The notes under the pieces are model-generated. The model saw only the letters and a program-made list of their open reading frames with translations, did not search any database and was not told the origin of the DNA. From Convolutriloba macropyga (taxonomy: Eukaryota), in assembly GCF_964194025.1 (NCBI RefSeq), contig NC_134472.1, positions 46,066,001-46,130,000 on the forward strand: a stretch of DNA of 64,000 bases. Direction: 5' to 3'. Shown piece after piece: positions 11,982 through 23,623 of this stretch. The number at the start of each line of letters is the position of its first letter. The stretch's first letter is position 1. Made by a program: the position numbers and the translations under genes.

Positions 11982-12380
11982 TTAATTGCTCTTGGAAGAA
12001 GTAAACGTGTGTGTCTTTTTTAATGCAAAATTTTCGCTTGATATTTTGGACTTTTCGAGTGACTTTTACGCCCCTGACTTTTTGCGTTTCGCGTGATCTA
12101 AAATTCTCTCGCAATCACAATTTAAAGAAGCTGAACTCAATTGGCGGCAATTTAATACTTAAAGTCAAATGAAAAGTGCGCCGAAACTGGTGCCATTTTT
12201 CACTTTAAATCTTCATAGTTTTATATGTTAACCTCTAATGTGGTTATTTGAAGCGCACTATTGAACTTCTTAGTCCCATTTAGACCCCACCCCCCCCCCC
12301 CCCGACTGAAGCAGGCTGCAATTGATTAGAGCTCCCACTAGTCGTTCGAGAGCAATTCTTCCGACGTTTAGTTGGTTATG
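11982..12380 (+). mobile_element. Class B Helentron-like element
   Basis: 5' TAATTGCTCTT, poly-C tract, and 3' TCGAGAGCAATT..CCGACGTTTAGTTGGTTATG. Further class B ends lie at ~5970-6005, 11575-11610, 11652 and 11731. Confidence 0.65.
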
Positions 12381-13189
12381 TATTCAAGTGTCTCAAGCGG
12401 AAGAGAAATGACTGCGGTAGTTGCTGATAAGAAAAACAGGAAAAATTAGCGCCGTATAAAAATACAGTATAAAGCAGCTGAGCAGTACTCGCACGCCTTA
12501 CTAGTCTCTATGCATGCGATTCACCGAAACTGCTGAGGAGACATGAGTTCATGGTATTAAGGCCGGTTCTTAGATTTTGAGCCTCCCCCCACGCTCAACC
12601 GCTTCTCCCCTCGTTCACCCCCGACACCTCATTCGACTCGTAACCCTGTGCGCTCAATTTTACTTCGCCCCGTTTCCCCACCTCTACCTCATTCCATCCG
12701 TTACCCACACACTGCCTCTTGAGAGTATCACATTCCGCTCATCCCCTTCAATTGAGCTTAATCTAGCTTCTTTAAGCCGCAGCTAACTGCTGACGAAGCC
12801 AACCGCCTGACAGTAGTTTTTGAGCAATTCTTCGGTGTGACCTTGTCGATCACGTTTTATACTCCAATTCTCAGATAATAATAACTAATAATATTAAATT
12901 GTTTCCGTCTTTCTAAAATTTACAGACTCGTCACAATTTGTTGATCTTTATGACTGTGGGAGAGCACTTTGGATTGGTGGATCGTTGTCAAGTATCTTAG
13001 CTAAAGTAATTCTGATACTATTCTAATAATATGAAAGGAATGTTGACCTGAACAACAAATTAGAGATAGCCTTTGCTTCAATTTTAAACAATGTTCTCAC
13101 ATTTTGTCTTTACTATTAAGCTGTCATATAAAAGCTGATTTTTGTCTGAACTGTATAATGGGAGGAATGTTCACGCCAATTACATTTAG

Positions 13190-13708
13190 GATACTCGGAG
13201 AAAGATGAACATCCTGAAAGCAATGCGGAAAACTCCAGCTCACTGGTACGATTATGAAGACTTCCTCAAACTACTCAAGGACCACTTAGAAGCTCCAAAG
13301 CCATTTAAACCTAAAAGCCCAATCAAGGAAACGCAAATTCCCTTCAAAATTGTCCAGAAGCTGCAAGTTTTTGTGATAACGGAACCTGGAATTGTTTTCG
13401 GTCAACTGTTGTCATTTGTTTACTTTGTATTCGTGACAATTAGCTCTAGTGATTACTCCAGCGAGGGTCTTCATGGGGCCTCAAACGCTGAGAAAACGGA
13501 GATGTTGATTGGAAATACAGTTTTGATGTCCCTCTGTTCTCTTCAGTCGGCTTTGCTGGTATGGGGCTTTGGTTTGAAACGCTTCATGGAAAGTCCTAAC
13601 AGGGTTCTAGATGCCATCTCAACCCTGGCAATTTGGGGTTTTTCAATCGGCGCCTTCCTTGAGATCATGCTTGGAAGCTGGGAAGTTAACACGCTTGATA
13701 AACTGAGG
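13190..13708 (+). CDS. TPCN2: TPC2 exon (linker, IIS1-IIS3)
   Basis: TTTAG acceptor at 13189, phase 0. Hydrophobic helices and WGFGLKRFMESPNRVLDA (the TPC GL..Y...N.FD motif). Donor GTTTGT at 13709. Confidence 0.88.
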
Positions 13709-15113
13709 GTTTGTTATAGTTCAGTTGTTTACTTAAAGTATTATTTTTCACATGATTTTTGAAAGTGCAGTGTAAAGCTATTTTTCTCTTTTTGAGATGT
13801 CGTTTGCTTTACCCTTTGGCAATGAAGATCATCACTTTGCCGTGAACGTTATAATGCTGAATGGGACAATTAAGGTGTATAATTGGTCCAAAATGATAAT
13901 CTGATGTGTTCTAGCACCCCTAATCCTTTATATTGTTTGTCTGACACTATAAGGCACTATGATAAGTGAAAAGCAAAATTGCATGTATAAGGGACATTTT
14001 AGAGCACGTTTAGGAGCTACCGAAGAGCAAGTTAGGAGAAGTTTAGGAGCTATTGTAGAGCATGTTTAAGAGTTCTCTAGCTGCATAGTTAAGGTAATTT
14101 AAAGAGGTCGACTACCAAAAAATGCTTTGTGAATAAAATTGAATGACCGAAAAGGCTAGGTTCAAAATTGAATAATGGAAAAGGTAAGGCTGCAAAAAGG
14201 TCAATAACCAAAATACTCAAAAGAAGCAGAAATATCAAACGTTTTTAATTTCAAATTTTTAATTAGCCGGCTGTGGCTATAAACCATGCAACCATTTTAC
14301 CCTAAATTATGTCAAATTGCTTCTGGCTTTTAGCTTCTGTGCGTGATGTCGTACTTACTTTGTTAGCGTTAATTCTGATCGTCAGACAAAAGAGCGATTT
14401 TTTGTCTGACGATCAGAATTTTTTCGCTGATTCTGGACGTACCACAAAGGATATAGCTGAAGGTCAGTTTAGATTGTATAAAGTAGAACTAGGTGTAGAA
14501 CTTTCGGAGAATTTTGTAACACAAAGATAAGTAAAAAAAAAAATTGCCGAAGTTTTGGAATCTCGCATGTGCTCTTTTATTCTTCTGCAATATTTTTTTT
14601 TTAATTTTTGAAATTTTTTTTGGCCTTTTCTGCGCTTTTCGCTTTTAATTGGGGTTTCCTTTGATGCTGATTTCTGCTTTTTCTGTACACTTCATTTTCT
14701 TCTTCCTCAGATTCCTTTGTTTGTCTCTTCCTTGCGTTTTGTTCAATTTTTTTTGCTCTTTCTATTCCCATTATTTCTGGTTTCTAAATATCTTTTTCTC
14801 ATTCAGTCAGCAAAATAAGTGACGTGAAGCCAATACTGGCGAAATGGCACCTTAATCATTTAAGTTCTTCCACGTTTGCTCGTTTTGTGAGCTGAGGTAA
14901 CTAAATTTTTTGTTTTCATGTCTTATGGGAATGGATAAATATGACAGCTATCAGAGTCCCCTGTCTTATCCCACCCTTTTGCAATATAGTGTTCATTTGA
15001 TTACAAGTCAATTAGTTACAAATATCTCAAAAATGAACAGTCGTTTTCCGAAGGTTTTTCTGCCATCTTGCAGAATACTGCACTTTTGCCAAATCTTCGT
15101 CCGCAGAGGGTTA

Positions 15114-15837
15114 CCCCAGTCGACAACGAATGGGTATCTTGCAAGATCTTGCAAGATTCTGGCAAAATCTTGCAAGACGATACATCGTCTTGCGAGATTT
15201 TCTTCCAAAGTCTTGCAAGATCTTGTAAGATAACCCTTTGTCTTGCAAGAATCTTGCAAGATAACCATTCATCTTGCAAATAAATGGAACATGATCGAAC
15301 AAAATCAAAATGAGACGCGAACATTGCTTCCATCAATTTTTGTTACATTGTGATACATAATTACAACCAAAATAGCGTCAACATTGTTTTCTTCCGCTCA
15401 AACTAAAAATTGAATCAATTTAGAAAATGAAAGTAAATTGCATCAATTTAGAAAAAGAAAGAAAAAGAAAGTTTTCTATAGTAGCAAAACAAGAAATTTG
15501 AAGCACGAATTAATGTAAATAAATGAGAGTAACCAGTATTAATACCAACGGCTGTAATAAAATACAGATATCTGGTATAAATTTTGTTTCAAGTGATCTC
15601 TGAAAACTCATTCCACTATATTTTGGTAATGGTTTGCGCTAAATGAAAGATAACGCGTCTAAAACAGCCAATGATAGCGGAGCTCGACCGGAACGAACTT
15701 GCAAGAATCTTGCAAGATAACCATTCTTCTTGCAAGATAGCCATCGTCTTGCAAGATCTTGCAAGATAACCATTTACTTGCAAGATAACCATTTTTTGCA
15801 AGAATCTTGCAAGATAACCATCTGGTCTTGACTAGGG
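15114..15837. mobile_element. TA-flanked MITE with subterminal arrays of the palindrome TCTTGCAAGA
   Basis: TA at 15112-13 and 15838-39. Imperfect TIRs CCCCAGTCGACAACGAATGGGTATCTTGCAAGA and (reverse complement) CCCTAGTCAAGACCAGATGGTTATCTTGCAAGA. Many TCTTGCAAGA units at ~15137-15280 and ~15698-15815. Confidence 0.85.
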
Positions 15838-18800
15838 TAGATTCAATTTGAAGGAAAAAGCACACTAAGCACCTTAACAGCAAATTTGAACAATTTGGCG
15901 CCGAAAATCAACTTTAATTTTTCAAATTTTTCAAATACTTGTTTTTTGTTCCGATCCCACTTTTAGGGGGGGGGGAGGAACTATATTCTCAACTGGGTTT
16001 ATTTTTTGTTCAGACAATTTTGGCCGATCGATATAATCATTGTAGAAAGTTGTAAGTGGTATCATTAGAAAGCACGTCCAGCGTAGAATATGGAAATAAA
16101 AAGATTTTTTTTTGATTTTCGATATTTGAAGGGAGTTATCGAGGTTTAAATTAAAGTGAATAATAGACGATATTCCGTGGTTTTTGTATTCACGTTTTCC
16201 GTATTTTTGACCAAATTTTCGTTAGTCTTACTAAAATATGTTGAAATTGTTAACGGTAATTTCATTGGTCTTATCTTAAAAGATAAAGTGGGGTTGCTGA
16301 ATTGTTCGGTCTGAGCTTTTTGGCAAAAATTTATGCTAAATTTTTCAAAATTTAGACTTCGTCGAAAATGGGACGAAATATGCTTTTTAAGCCCAATTTC
16401 TCTGAATTTGCTCAAAAGTACACACCTTAAAACTGCAGCCACATTCATCGTAAGCTTAAAAAGAGAGCTAGTTGCACTTCCGCTGGCTTTATGAGTCTTC
16501 TGAAATTTTAATTTTGCCAGACTTCTGCTAATTTAATTTCGATATTTAAAAGAAATGCATTACTTAATTTCAATATACTGAAAAATATTGATTAAATAAT
16601 GATCTATTTCGCTACCATTTAAACAATTCAGTGTTTTTGTAGCCGAGCGGCAATATCAAAGCTGATATTGATCTCAGCATGGATCCTTACGGTAAAAAAA
16701 ATAGATTTTAATTGAGCGCGGCCTTTTTAAAAAATATATTTCCGCATTTATTGTTTTTATGCATATCACTGATATGAATTTCAGATCAGGGCTCTTTTAT
16801 TGACAGATATTATTTTCAAAAATTGAGGCCTAACGACCATATATCATGGTCTCAGAGTAAAGATCGTGGTTTTTATGGCTCTGATCAATTGCTTTCGTAA
16901 AATTTTATAGATTTCTTATGTTTTCCATTCATTCTGTATACTTTTTGTAGTGCAACGACTCAGTCACCCCAATCAATGTTTCAAATGGCTTCTTAAGAGG
17001 TATAAGTGACACAGACAATGCTTTCATTTGTTATCTAATGTCTTCTATAACTTTCAATTTATTTCTTTTCACAAAATTTTTAAACTTTGCCACTATTTTC
17101 TCTACTTCTCTAAGCTTCGGGCCTTGTCTAAGTAAAAAGAAGCAAAAAACATTTCTTGTTAGCTGAAAAAATTAAAGTCTGTAACTGTTTTATTTTTAAC
17201 TAATGGAATCTCGGTTTTGACACTACTAGTTTTCTCATTTTTTTCCATTTTTGAGCTTAATTTCAGATTTTATCAGTTCATTTCAATTCGTTGTCGAATT
17301 ATCATATTATTGATAAGTGCTTTTGAAAATAAGATTATTTTGGAAAATGAAAAGAGTTGAGAGAAGGCTTATCTCAATGTGTTAATTGTTTTTGTTGAAT
17401 AGTTTGCGCTTTTGGGCTCAGACACTGTTCTCTCGCAAAATTTAATACTTTTTTATATTTGCGTATGTTTCTTTTGGTTGCTGTACGACATATACCTAAT
17501 AATAATAGATCTCAATTTTTCCTCAGGAAGTATAATAGCCTATGTAAACCTTTCAGTATATAGCTAATTCTTTTAATGGTTTTCAATGTTTTATTTTTTA
17601 TTTATTTGTTTCCTTCTTGCTTTGATTTTCGTCAACATTTAAGTGATTCGCGCTAATTAGAAGTCTCAAAAACCTTTGCTGCTTCAAACTTTACTTTCTA
17701 GGTTGGTCATATCTTTTGACTGATTGCTTGAACCATTTTGTAACACTAAGTTTTCGAGATTTCTATGATGATAAATTTTCGGGTTTTGTTTTATTTCTAT
17801 GTAGTCCTTTCATAAGGAAAACGTCCATTATTGTTCAGATGAGAACCAAGTAACGACACACAGCTCGTGCAGATAACATCTTATAAATACTATGGTGTCT
17901 TAGTTGTTTGTGAATTTCGGCTTCTGCCTGTATTTTTTGTTTTGTAGTCTCGTGACTTAGTATCAATAATGACAGGTCCAATTGGCTTTCTGAAGTGTTG
18001 CATCTTAATCGGTCTCTTTTTAATGAAGTCGTATGTCTGTTATGAGTGTGTGAAAAAAATTTTCAAAAACAATTGGATTTTTATGCTTCAACATTTTTTA
18101 AACTCTTTTTGGTCGATTTGTAGCTTAGTCTCTAAAGACAAGTCACAACCCGTTTTTAGTGAGCTCTAATTTAATTAATAACCGTTTTAGTTTCAAGCAA
18201 ATGTTACTCGGCTTTGTTACTACTGTTACTGCGAAATTTCATTACATGTTTGAGGTTTTTTTATTTGAACATCTTAAAGGACTTTTGTTCTCGTTTTAAA
18301 TTATAACGTTAATGGTAGGTCCCATCAATATTGAAACATACCGCAAATGAACCTTTTTTGCTCTTAGTTGCAATCTTATGGTTTTAACGGATTCACTGCC
18401 ATTTTCGCGGAAGGTTTAATTTTGCCGGTATTATTCGTATGACGTACACTGGATAATGACAGGTCTCAATTGCTTCCTATGGAGATATAAATGACGTTTT
18501 TATTGACTTGAGTTAAAATACAAGGATAATAACAGGCAATTTTGAAATCTATTGTTTTCAAAAATGGAAACGTAATTCTGATGTTCGCACCTTTTTGCTC
18601 TTTTTGTCGACCTTTTACCCAGCCGCATTGAGAACAGGTCCCATATCTTTTCTATTGAAGAATAGGTTAATTTTGTTTTGTTTAGGTTTTATCTGATGCA
18701 GGGTTGATTTTGTTATGATTATTTTTAAAATATAGACATCGAGTTTTGGTCGTAATGAATGTTGTTTGATTTTTATTATTGTCTTTTCCACTAGTCCTAT

Positions 18801-19999
18801 GAAAATAAGTTTTATCGTCCCTCTAGCGTGGCCTTATTGTATTCCGTTGGTGGTTTATTGAACAATGTTTTTGAAAATTTCTATCTGTTCATCAATTGGT
18901 AGCCAATTAAGTCAAGAATGTGGATGAGCGGTGTCGGAACATTATGTGCGTACGCACATTACCGAGCCTCCTTGTTAAATTTCTAGGTTTTAATACACAA
19001 CTTTAAAGCCAGGATAACAAAACGCTTTTTATCGCGCCATGAACCAGTGGAATGAAAGCAAATTGAGGTTTGCAACAGTCTGCCCACAGTTCCTGCTCTT
19101 TAGCAATTGCTTCCCAAACTGTTAATTGGCCAGTTTTTACAAAAAAAAAATTGTTAAAATCCAACGGTCGGGTGGCCCATTTTTGCTTTTGATTTTTTTT
19201 CAAAAATACAAGAGAAAACTTGGGGGTTACCGTTTTACCGAAAAATTAACAGTTTATGTCCTCCCTAAACTTTTTAAAAGGGAAACTTTTGACTTTTCAT
19301 TACTTTGAAGTTTTTCGTTACTTTTTTTCGGTTTAAATAGCTAGAAATTGTTTTACTGACTGTACATTGAGTTCCAAATGTGTTCCAAAAGATGTGTTCT
19401 GTTCCAAAAGATGTGTTCACCGTTTCACTGGTAAAAAAATATATTTTAATATCAACAGTCCCTGTTATTAGGTGTTAGCTAATGGGTGCTGGATAGCTTG
19501 GCAAATATCAGGAAGTTTGATTTCAAGTCTTTTTAATCATACAATGTGAGAGTTTAAACAGACAATTTTTTTACTGCTGCTGCTCATGAAGTGGCAAATT
19601 GTGAAGTTTCTTAAAGTTCTTCTTACAAGGTTTTCAGCGGTCCGTTATGGGGATAATTAGCCATTTTTATTTTTCCTTGACCTCCTGGTGTTCCTGGACC
19701 TCCTAGTTTCCAAATTTCTTTCGAATTTTTGAAATTCCAAAATTTCGAATAATTCTCTAACTGAAATATACAAATTTACCGATGTAAACTAGCTAGATGT
19801 AAACCAGCTAGATCTCTAAGGACTTGGTTCAAGGGAGTCGTGATAAGCAAAAACCCAAAATTTTCTTTAAATAAAAACTTAACTACTGATAGTAACATGT
19901 ACAATTTCACTGATTTGAAACGTAAAATCTTCGTTTGCTCTTTTGCCGTGTCATGGTTGAAACTGGCGATATTCCATTCAGCAGTGTATTACATTTCAG

Positions 20000-20236
20000 A
20001 CGGTGACAGTCATTTTCAAGTTTGGTATCAATATGTTCCACCTGAAACAAGTGCGCGTGGTGATTGAGACGCTCTACGATCTCTCTACCAACTTGATCCC
20101 CTTTGCAGCTATCATGGCGTCTGCCTACTACATCTTCGCCATCCTGGGTATGATACTCTTCCAAGACGACATCGGAGGCCTCAACAGGGCCAACGCGTCC
20201 ATTGTGGCCGAAGTTGTCAATTTGACATATGTGGAG
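20000..20236 (+). CDS. TPCN2: TPC2 exon (IIS4-IIS5)
   Basis: TTTCAG acceptor at 19999; FAAIMASAYYIFAILGMILFQ matches the TPC2 YYVFAIIGINLF segment. Donor GTGGGT at 20237, phase 0. Confidence 0.88.
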
Positions 20237-20374
20237 GTGGGTAGATATATAACTGCTGTAACCCCTCAACAGAAACAACACAATATGACTAACTCTAACT
20301 GAAATTTTGTAATTATGCAGTGGTGTATTTTTGAAATACTAGCAAAAATAGTCTCTTAACAGATAGTTTCTTAA

Positions 20375-20700
20375 TAGTCTGATGCGGCAGATGAAAGAAA
20401 ATATTGACTCCACGACAATAACTGCGCAAAAATGGGAATCGCATTTGTTCCCCTTGCAATTGAAATCCTTGGCGGAATATCGGCAACCTTTAAGAAAACA
20501 CTCAAGCGGTTGGCTGTGTTAAGTGACCACTGTTCTTTCCAAGCGCAGGGGTTGTCTATAGCTTTCTGTAAACTGATGCAATCCTTGTCGATCACCGCTA
20601 TTCGGGGATCAGCGGCTATGTTGTTGGCACGGGCTCCCTAGTTGACTATTTTGCTTTTTGGGTGCTCGACCGATCGGAGGGGAGGTGGTTGATCCATTAT
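20375..20700 (+). mobile_element. 3' fragment of a CRE-type non-LTR retrotransposon in a TPC2 intron
   Basis: AADERKY...CAKMGIAFVPLAIEILGG...QSLSITAIRGSAAMLLAR matches the typical C-terminus (FxPxxxExxG...QxLSxxxxRGNA) of restriction-like-endonuclease elements. Confidence 0.75.
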
Positions 20701-21214
20701 TGTTACAATCATCGTCGACAGATATGATCAAGGGGTCTGCCTCAATGATTTCGACTCGCTCATTTTGGCCAGATTTATTAACCAATTGAGAATAAGAAGA
20801 GTCCAGTTGGTCCTTTTATAATGAGCCGCCAAAACAATGTGCAGTTCTACTATTTTTATTCTTACCTGACCAAAGTGGGGAGAATAAAAACAAACATTTT
20901 ACATGTGGAAAAATAAAAAATGCTGATGAAATGAGATTCATAAACTGTTGATCTGTTGTATTGATAACCACCGTTATGTTAACCAAGTTAATTGTCAATT
21001 AAATTTCATTCAATCTCTTAACATGGGTTTTGCGAATCATCGTTGCATGCAAAAGACAAATCTTTCACATAGGCCGAGGGAAAGAGTTGGTTAACGGCGA
21101 AATGAAACAGATCCAAAATATTCGGAATTTGCGCCATTTACAAGTCTGCAAGAAATGTAGTGCTCGGATTGTTTTATTTTGCTGTCTATTTGAGCAACAT
21201 AACGTGCGTTTTAG

Positions 21215-21418
<204 letters not shown>

Positions 21419-21499
21419 TAGTTCGTAGTTAACATTAGTTGGTTCACATTAAAGTAAAAAGGGTGAGCAGAAATAGAAATTGATGCAGCATTTGTTTAG

Positions 21500-21970
21500 G
21501 TCTACTTCGTCGTCTGGTGGCTAATTAGTCAGGTCATTCTCTTCAACACTCTAACTGCTCTCACTCTTGACTGTATGCTTTTCCGATTCAAGCTAAGCAA
21601 CACGGAACATAAATCGCATGACAATGCTGACAATCAAGCGCACGATCCACGTCGACAATCGTTTATTCCAGTCGAAGTTCTTAGAGAAATGAGTGCGGTA
21701 CAGCAACGGGCTTTTGCCGACTTCACTCGAACTCACAAATACGAAACTTTGTATGACCTTTACCGCGCATCTGGAGAGCTAGCAGAGCCAACATTAGACA
21801 AGGTGATCAAAGAGGTCAGATCTCATAAAGGAAAAAGTTTCAGACATTTGGAGGATCCAGTATCTACCCCGATTCCGGTAAGTGTAGAGTGCAATGGGAC
21901 CTCTGCATCACCGGACTTTCTGGGCCTGCCCAGTCAGATAACTATTAACACAACCTCGCCTGTGCTTTAG
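21500..21970 (+). CDS. TPCN2: TPC2 last coding exon (IIS6 and C-terminal tail)
   Basis: VYFVVWWLISQVILFNTLTALTLDCM matches [26 protein letters not shown] and is in frame with ORF 21575..21970. Stop TAG; AATAAA at 22111. Confidence 0.9.
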   Translation, partial: VYFVVWWLISQVILFNTLTALTLDCMLFRFKLSNTEHKSHDNADNQAHDPRRQSFIPVEVLREMSAVQQRAFADFTRTHKYETLYDLYRASGELAEPTLDKVIKEVRSHKGKSFRHLEDPVSTPIPVSVECNGTSASPDFLGLPSQITINTTSPVL

Positions 21971-22112
21971 ATGGACGTCTCTAATGACAATGTAAGAAGT
22001 CATCAAGATATGCCTCTGTTTCTTTAAAAAGTTTGCTATCTATTGATTCGAACGCCAGCTACACTCATTTTCTCAGATTTTCTTTGTTAAGGCGGTAAAT
22101 GATCATCGTTAA

Positions 22113-22312
22113 TAAACTGCTCTCGAACCAAGTTGGAAGCAATTATTGAAGACTTGTGCCATTGTATCTGAGTGTTTAAGATGTCTGGCGGTCAATCTCG
22201 AGGTCCGGTGTTTAATTTTTTTTGCACCCGTAAATAAAACATTTCTAAGTTACACCCCTTCTAATGTAAATTACCCCCGTCTGGCGTTCGAGAGCAATTC
22301 ACCCGACGTTTT
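22113..22312 (+). mobile_element. Short class B Helentron-like element just downstream of the TPC2 stop, followed by a class A fragment (~22350-22760)
   Basis: AACTGCTCTCGAA...GAAGCAATT 5' hairpin and TTCGAGAGCAATTCACCCGACGTT 3' end. Confidence 0.6.
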
Positions 22313-22885
22313 GAAATTGTGATTAATATCGGTCCTCATCTTTTCAGTAGGCCATTATTGGGCTTCTAGTTTTTTACGATTCAAAGAATTTGAATTGTAC
22401 TGGGGTGCTGTCTTTTTCTGAAGATCTGTTCACAAATTTTCATGACTCTGAAGTCAAACTTGAGAAGTGAATTAGGCAGTGGAGTGAGAAAGCGAGCGGT
22501 TTTGCGACTTCATGTTTTTTTAATCAAATTTCGAAAGAGGGTGAGTCAACAGTGTTCGAACAAAAATTCGCTTATCGATCGTGACTTTTTGTTCACATGC
22601 GGCAATTTGACTCGGATTTTGGCTATTTTTTGAAATTTATGATTGGATTTTGTTTTCTGAGTGGTTTTTCTAAGCCAGTTATCGTCCATTCTAGGTCTAG
22701 ATTGTTTGGGCAATGAAATTTCTTTGAAATGTGTCAGGAATTGTCCTGCTATGTTTTTATTTTGTCGATCAAATTTGTTTCGTTTTACATCATTTTGTCG
22801 CTCTTTTGATGTTTTGCATTAAAACTTTAGACTTCTCTCGGCTAGTTTCTTTTTTCGCTCATACTGCTCAAATTGTTTTTAGACA

Positions 22886-23300
22886 GCAGTTACTCAGCAA
22901 AGCAATTTAAATTGAACAGAAGCAGTACCAAAAACCGAATCAAAAATATAAACATAAAGTCAAATATTAAATCCCCGCTACTTGAAGTTTGTTCTTATAA
23001 GTATCAGTTACCATCTAATGTCTGGTGGAATTGATATTAGCACCTGTGGTTTGTCATTGCGAAACAAGAGTTTATCTATTCTAAAGTAGTAGCTAATCTC
23101 TTCTAAGGTGCAGTTGCTCAGCAAAGCAATTTAAAATGATCGGAATCGGTATCAAAAAGCAATCAAGAATAGAAACGGCGTGAACCCATTAAGTCAAATT
23201 TTAGATTCCCGGTACTTGAAGTTTTTGTTATTAATCTTAGTTACCATCTAATGCCTATTGCTATTAATTCTAGCCACTATGACCTCTCATTAAGAAAAAG
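22886..23300. repeat. Diverged direct repeat, period ~224 bp, 2 copies
   Basis: GCAGTTRCTCAGCAAAGCAATTTAAA...TACTTGAAGTTT...AGTTACCATCTAATG at ~22886 and ~23110. Confidence 0.75.
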
Positions 23301-23623
23301 GAGTATGTCTAACAATGAAAGGAAATCAAAATAGTTCGCATTTGAAAAATATTCTCTCACATCAATAAGTTTTTTTTTACATTTTTTTCTGTTCTTTATT
23401 ACAGACCGGGGTTATGTGAATCTGCCGTGTATGTTTGGAGTACTAAAAATGAGAAGGTGAAGTTTCTGCTTCTTCCACTTGTCTGGTTTTAACTTATTAC
23501 AATTCACTTAGCTTTTTGAGAACGCACCTCAACACAAACTCCGATTTTAGAAAATGATTGATATATATTTTTAAAATGATAAAATTTGCATAGGAAAATC
23601 ATCTCATTCAAAAGCACTCAAAC

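Noticed and set aside
14910-15883. Many overlapping ORFs with CKILQD/LARSCK repeats on both strands
   Set aside because: Translations of the palindromic TCTTGCAAGA array in a MITE.
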